The position numbers and the translations under genes were made by a program. A stretch of DNA of 64,000 nucleotides, taken from IMG/VR virus record IMGVR_UViG_2903631197_000003, positions 28,290 through 92,289 of that record, one strand, 5' to 3'. This DNA comes from a virus. The first letter of the stretch is position 1. Every line of letters starts with the position of its first letter. This document shows positions 60,046 through 64,000 of this stretch, piece by piece. The notes beneath the pieces were generated by a model. It saw only the letters and a program-made list of their open reading frames with translations, had not been told where the DNA came from and did no database searches.

Positions 60046-60213
60046 GCTGCATCTACCCTCATTTTTAAGGGTATCTATACCATATTGCCATAGGTTAAAT
60101 CTTTCACATCGGCTGCATCTACCCTCATTTTTAAGGGTATCTATACCAGAGATACACGTCTTCCCATATCCTCACTAGCTGCATCTACCCTCATTTCCAA
60201 GGGTATCTATACC
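60046..60213 (-). CRISPR. Mini CRISPR array 1: three 36-nt repeats and two 30-nt spacers
   Basis: Repeat (+) GCTGCATCTACCCTCATTTTTAAGGGTATCTATACC at 60046-60081, 60112-60147 and 60178-60213 (2 mismatches in the last); spacers 60082-60111 and 60148-60177. Confidence 0.93.
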
Positions 60214-60305
60214 CTAAAGTTCGTAATGTACTAATACCCAATATATTAGAGTAGTTATCGAGTAGAAAAAATCTCTCAACATAAGGACGTACAGCCGCCC
60301 CGAAT
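60214..60305 (-). ncRNA. tracrRNA/omegaRNA-like scaffold fused to array 1 (copy A)
   Basis: 13-nt linker, anti-repeat 60227-60254, hairpin 60257-60280, pseudoknot stem-loop 60284-60301. Confidence 0.8.
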
Positions 60306-60312
60306 ATCTTTT

Positions 60313-60885
60313 TTATCCTCTCATACTCTCACCCGTCAAACTCACCACCTTGGTCAATGCACGAAGCCGATCATACGTCCGTACTCCGTATCTCTCCTTG
60401 ATTTGGTCGGTAGTCAGATTGGTCGTGATAATCATCAGTCGCTTGTCCTTCTCCGCTTGGTCAACCAACTCAGCAAACAAGTCACGTTTCTCACCAAACT
60501 CAAAGTAGTAATGCTCGGTGCCAAGATCGTCAATGACTATCGGCTTGTTGTCTATCAAGTCCCACATCGTTGCCTGGTTTCGGTAAGTGTCAGACAGACG
60601 ATAGGCAGAATAGACATGAGGACTCTCGGTAAGATAATGAAACATAAGGGTGGGGATGAGCGCACACGCAATGACTGATTTACCCACTCCGTTGTTTCCT
60701 GTAAGCAACAAACCTTTTCTGCCGTTGTCTTTCAGCCACTCAATAACTTGGGCATAATCGTCAATGTACTTATATCCATCTCCTACGTAAAATCTCATTC
60801 CTCGGTCGAATAAATCCTTAGCCTCGTCTCCCAAAGCCAAGTGTAAGCCTTTATACGACCTGCCTTCAAATACTTCATCTACCAT
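60313..60885 (-). CDS. DnaC/IstB-like AAA+ ATPase (helicase loader)
   Basis: GLLLTGNNGVGKS, IDDLGTE, IITTNL and YG.R..DRL motifs. Confidence 0.88.
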   Translation of the reverse strand: MVDEVFEGRSYKGLHLALGDEAKDLFDRGMRFYVGDGYKYIDDYAQVIEWLKDNGRKGLLLTGNNGVGKSVIACALIPTLMFHYLTESPHVYSAYRLSDTYRNQATMWDLIDNKPIVIDDLGTEHYYFEFGEKRDLFAELVDQAEKDKRLMIITTNLTTDQIKERYGVRTYDRLRALTKVVSLTGESMRG

Positions 60886-61310
60886 ATAGTTTGCTCCTTA
60901 TACTTGTCTTTGTTATTATCTGTCTGAATGAAACCGATAGGCATTCGTGCCGCGTTATTCTTTAATGGGAAAATGCCTGCCCAATTATTCGCTATCGACT
61001 CTTCTATTATCTGCTTGGCGGTTTCCACGTCACCTCCGCTTAGCTTCATCAGCTTATTCACAAAGGTAGAAAAACCTGTCGGCTTATAGGACTGTCCTTT
61101 CTCTCGCTTGTACCTGAGCCATTTCTCAACCAATGGCTGCATATCTGCTCGGACGATACCCAAGTTAAGAACGTTCTTCGAAGGCTTTTTCCCTAAGCCA
61201 TCATCAAGTTTTTTTCGTAGTTTCTCAACCTCTTTCTTCAATCTCTCGTTTTCTTCACATAAAGCAAGGTAATCACTTGCTTTGAGTGTAATTTCTTTTT
61301 CGTTTAGCAT
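60879..61310 (-). CDS. Putative replication initiator (C-terminal domain type)
   Basis: W..YK.EK...YK..G...A.QIIE.SIANNW.GIF pattern; directly upstream of the DnaC-like gene. Confidence 0.65.
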   Translation of the reverse strand: MLNEKEITLKASDYLALCEENERLKKEVEKLRKKLDDGLGKKPSKNVLNLGIVRADMQPLVEKWLRYKREKGQSYKPTGFSTFVNKLMKLSGGDVETAKQIIEESIANNWAGIFPLKNNAARMPIGFIQTDNNKDKYKEQTIW

Positions 61311-61331
61311 TATTGTAAAATATGTTTACTG

Positions 61332-61612
61332 TCTGCTTCTACCCTCAATTTTTAGGGGTATCTACACCTAAAGTGGTCGAATTTGACCACTTTAAAAATA
61401 CTACATCTACACTTATTTTTAGGGTAAATACACCACAGACCGAGAAACCAGTGGAAGAACTATTGCTGCATCTACCCATATTTTTAAGGTTATCTGCACT
61501 ACGCTTGGGGTACTGAATGCGTCGCACTGCATCTACCCTCATTTTTCAGGGTATCTACACACTTTGTCACCACCACCACTGCATCTACCCACATTTTAAG
61601 GGTATCTATGCC
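61332..61612 (-). CRISPR. Mini CRISPR array 2: five degenerate 35-37-nt repeats; spacers of 31, 30, 25 and 16 nt
   Basis: Repeats at 61332-61368, 61400-61434, 61465-61500, 61526-61561 and 61578-61612; same family as array 1. Confidence 0.88.
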
Positions 61613-61705
61613 CTATAGCTTACAACGTATTGATACCCATATAAATAGGATAGTTATCGAGTGGGAAAAATCCCCTCAACATAAGGCTGTACAGCCAGCC
61701 CGAAT
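61613..61705 (-). ncRNA. tracrRNA/omegaRNA-like scaffold fused to array 2 (copy B)
   Basis: 13-nt linker, anti-repeat 61626-61653, hairpin 61656-61680, pseudoknot stem-loop 61684-61701. Confidence 0.8.
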
Positions 61706-61801
61706 ATCTTTTTTTTGAAGCCCTGCTCCCGATCAAGAGAGCAGGACTTTTATTGCCCAACCAATTCAAGGTCGAACTTCTTTATTAGCATTGTGATGGC
61801 A

Positions 61802-62332
61802 TTACCGTTGCGGAGGAAACGGGACTTGCTGCTGTGTCGGCATTTGTTGCTGTGGCATCTGCTGAGGTGCTTGCGGCGGCATTTGTTGTTGAGGTGCTTG
61901 CTGAGGTACGTTGTAGGGCATCTGGTTTGCGCCATACTGATTATGCACCTGACAGCCTTGAGCCTGCGGAGGCATCTGCTGGGGTGGCATACCACCTTGC
62001 ACTGGAGGCATTTGTTGCGGCGGCATCTGCTGAGGCATCTGCTGCTGAACGCCTGGATATTCCACCTTAAAGGCATTGATCTCGTTGTACCAACGACCAT
62101 TGTACTCATGTGCGTTAATATCCAGACTGACAGTGATGAACTGACCAACCTGAATATTCAACTGAGCAATCTTCTCTTGTCCCATCACACGGAAGCTCAC
62201 GAACTTAGCATACTGACCGTTGTCATGCTGCATGACGTACTCCTGTGACACCCACTGATTGCCCGTACGTTGCGATACTCCCTGTTGGGGAGGAAGGACA
62301 TTTGTGATTTGACCTGTTAATTTAACTACCAT
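61802..62332 (-). CDS. DUF3127 OB-fold protein (SSB-like) with a Q/P-rich tail
   Basis: G.S...G..W.SQEYV...V..DI.A.EYNGRWYN.I.A.K; QQMPP repeats. Confidence 0.85.
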   Translation of the reverse strand: MVVKLTGQITNVLPPQQGVSQRTGNQWVSQEYVMQHDNGQYAKFVSFRVMGQEKIAQLNIQVGQFITVSLDINAHEYNGRWYNEINAFKVEYPGVQQQMPQQMPPQQMPPVQGGMPPQQMPPQAQGCQVHNQYGANQMPYNVPQQAPQQQMPPQAPQQMPQQQMPTQQQVPFPPQR

Positions 62333-62349
62333 AATAAAAACGTTTTTAT

Positions 62350-62787
62350 TTAAAAATTGACTAATTGTTCTTCGAACTCGTCTTTGTTGACATTACCGAG
62401 AAACATTGAGAAAAGCACGTCCTTGACCCTTTCGTAAAGCTGAGAAAATTCGTCTTCAGCTATCTTGTCAAAGGCTATGCTCTTTGGGACTTGTAACCAT
62501 TCGTTGCGCATCGGCGACCACATTGGCTCGTAATATCCAGCTGCAACTTCCACAGTCTTTCTGAAACCGTCCTTGTCGTTGTTAAAAAACTCCCACCACT
62601 GCTCACCAAGATATTCCCATGCGCAGTTGATTAAAGCGAAATACTTTCGGTGGAACTTCGGGTTGCGGACGTGGTGAACTGTCACCTCGTATGTCTCTCC
62701 GACCTTCAACCGCTTCTTGACATCATAATCGGCATCTGTCTCAGGCTTTAACCCGCTTGCCGTACACACGAGGCGCATCTTCATCAC
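62350..62787 (-). CDS. DUF1367 family protein
   Basis: RNPKFHRKYFAL...PKSIAFDK..EDEF..LY. Confidence 0.85.
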   Translation of the reverse strand: MMKMRLVCTASGLKPETDADYDVKKRLKVGETYEVTVHHVRNPKFHRKYFALINCAWEYLGEQWWEFFNNDKDGFRKTVEVAAGYYEPMWSPMRNEWLQVPKSIAFDKIAEDEFSQLYERVKDVLFSMFLGNVNKDEFEEQLVNF

Positions 62788-63707
62788 TCATCCTCCTTGA
62801 CGGTTATCTTCAACGAACCCTTGCGCTTTGCCTCTTTAACACACTCTCGATACACTTCGGGGTGCTTCTCTTTGACTGCCTTCGAGTCGAGCGATACACT
62901 GGCTGAGGGCAGAACCCTTGTTATCGTTACGTTATTACCCTTCCATGACTTGACGTTGTACTGCTCCATAAGGCTATACAATCCCTCTTTCAGTTTTGAC
63001 ATCCTTGTCTCTATGTCCTTTTGCTGCTCCACCATCAAGGATATTTGCTTCTCAGCCTTCACCAACTCTGACGGTAGGTCGCCATAGTACGCTGAAGGAA
63101 CGAAGGGCAGTGCGTTAAGATAAGCGGAAATCAGAGCATCTAAGAAATCGTCTGAAACAGGATGAAGCTCAACAAAGTCGCACTCGTTATCACGAAGGCG
63201 AAGGACGTAGATATGACCAACCTTAACGCCGGCGTTCATCCTCTCAAACCAACGCTTGTATATTGATAACTGCAAGGCTACTTCCTCGAAATGCAGTTCT
63301 GAGGTGCGCTTCAAGTCAACGAGACATATCTCTTTCTTCTTGTTCTGCATCACGAGGTCGATGGCAGATGCAAAGTTTTCGTTATCCGACACGATGTACT
63401 CAGTGGCAAGACAACTTAGTTTGTTATCTTCTATTACCTTAATAAAGTTGTCGAGTTCGGGGAGTCCTTCATAGTACGTTCCGTCATTAAGATACCCCTC
63501 AACAACCTTGTGCATAAATGTTCCCCGTGCGGCCGCGTTTTCGAGTGTTTCTTGATCTATACCCATATACGTTCCTGGGTATGCCTTCGGGATGAGTGTA
63601 CTTGTAACTCCTTGCAACTCCTTCTCGCCGAGGAAGTACTGGTGCGTGTCCTCTAAGAATACTACCTCTGAGGTCACGAGCTTGATTTCTTTCTTACTTG
63701 CTGCCAT
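62784..63707 (-). CDS. PD-(D/E)XK exonuclease (recombination; lambda-exo/Cas4-like)
   Basis: H.Y...GVT, RGT.MH, IDLV, VDLK and QLSIY motifs; adjacent to ERF. Confidence 0.82.
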   Translation of the reverse strand: MAASKKEIKLVTSEVVFLEDTHQYFLGEKELQGVTSTLIPKAYPGTYMGIDQETLENAAARGTFMHKVVEGYLNDGTYYEGLPELDNFIKVIEDNKLSCLATEYIVSDNENFASAIDLVMQNKKKEICLVDLKRTSELHFEEVALQLSIYKRWFERMNAGVKVGHIYVLRLRDNECDFVELHPVSDDFLDALISAYLNALPFVPSAYYGDLPSELVKAEKQISLMVEQQKDIETRMSKLKEGLYSLMEQYNVKSWKGNNVTITRVLPSASVSLDSKAVKEKHPEVYRECVKEAKRKGSLKITVKEDE

Positions 63708-64000
63708 AGATAAACTTGTTGTTAGTCATTTGATAGGCGGCAATGAAAGTTTGCTCATTTGCAAACTGCGGGTACTTGAACCAAGCCGCTTGCAGCTCTG
63801 CCTCATTTTTTGCCTTTCCTAACTCCTTAATGGCGACACTAAGCGTCTTGTTATCAGCCTTGCCGCCCGAAGCTTGATCACCTACGTTTGTGGTATCGGA
63901 GTCACGGCTATCGTCGATAGCGAACAAGCCGTTGAGTGCATACTTTCGTGCATAGGAGCTTGTTGCACCTGTAACCTGAGAATCGTCCATTCCCTTTTTG
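63694..64000 (-). CDS. ERF-family ssDNA-annealing protein (partial, 5' end outside the window)
   Basis: KGMDDSQVTGATSSYARKYALNGLFAIDD...D.D signature. Confidence 0.9.
   Translation of the reverse strand, partial: KKGMDDSQVTGATSSYARKYALNGLFAIDDSRDSDTTNVGDQASGGKADNKTLSVAIKELGKAKNEAELQAAWFKYPQFANEQTFIAAYQMTNNKFIYGSK

Noticed and set aside
60021..60062. N-terminal extension MRVDAAGRN... of the primase-helicase, and ORFs 61322..61516 and 61345..61542
   Set aside because: They are translations of CRISPR repeats and spacers; the likely primase-helicase start is MNIDEI at 60020.
60082..60111. Possible self-targeting of an array 1 spacer to the scaffold-protein gene (about 3816-3845, shared GCCATAGGT)
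   Set aside because: Only about 18 of 30 positions match by eye; I found no convincing protospacer for any spacer in the window.
61676..61712. Reading the scaffold on the + strand as a Cas9 tracrRNA (anti-repeat ... ATAAGGCT 'nexus' ... poly-T)
   Set aside because: On + the stems contain many A-C mismatches that become G-U pairs on the minus strand, copy A lacks AAGGCT, and all flanking genes are on minus. Not fully excluded without RNA data.
62784..63707. Cas4-like nuclease near array 2 as a cas gene
   Set aside because: No Fe-S cysteine cluster, and it sits in the standard ERF-exonuclease-SSB recombination module.
1..64000. tRNA/rRNA genes, diversity-generating retroelement, IS transposases, attP site
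   Set aside because: I recognised no cloverleaf, reverse transcriptase, TR/VR pair or transposase motif by eye; an att site cannot be assigned without the host sequence.

Overview
The window is 64 kb of a tailed dsDNA phage (or prophage) of a Bacteroidales host, probably Prevotella-like. The host call rests on TAnnTTTG promoter boxes, AT-rich leaders without Shine-Dalgarno sequences, and DUF3127/DUF4494-type genes. Layout: (1) head/neck genes on the minus strand (1-4.4 kb) diverge from an intein-containing terminase, portal, minor head protein and a poly-G-frameshifted methyltransferase (4.6-11 kb). (2) HAD phosphatase and D5-type helicase genes (11-14.2 kb). (3) A noncoding, strand-skewed divergence region containing a 171-nt A-free tract. 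(4) About 35 small plus-strand 'early' genes, most preceded by a hairpin and an ATTATTAACTAAA leader, ending in a tyrosine recombinase (15-34.8 kb). (5) A long minus-strand DNA-metabolism/accessory operon (34.9-64 kb) with dUTPase, radical SAM, methyltransferases, Tad2-like proteins, primase-helicase, a DnaC-like ATPase, an SSB-like protein, an exonuclease and ERF. The standout is a conserved RNA scaffold in three copies on the minus strand. It has a covarying stem whose GCUGUA loop can pseudoknot with the repeat 3' end, a second covarying hairpin, and an anti-repeat. Two copies are fused through a 13-nt linker to mini CRISPR arrays with 36-nt repeats; the third carries a single truncated repeat. 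This is the geometry of a natural type V/TnpB-like single-guide RNA, and no effector gene is recognisable in the window. All functional calls come from motif recognition by eye; no database search was run.
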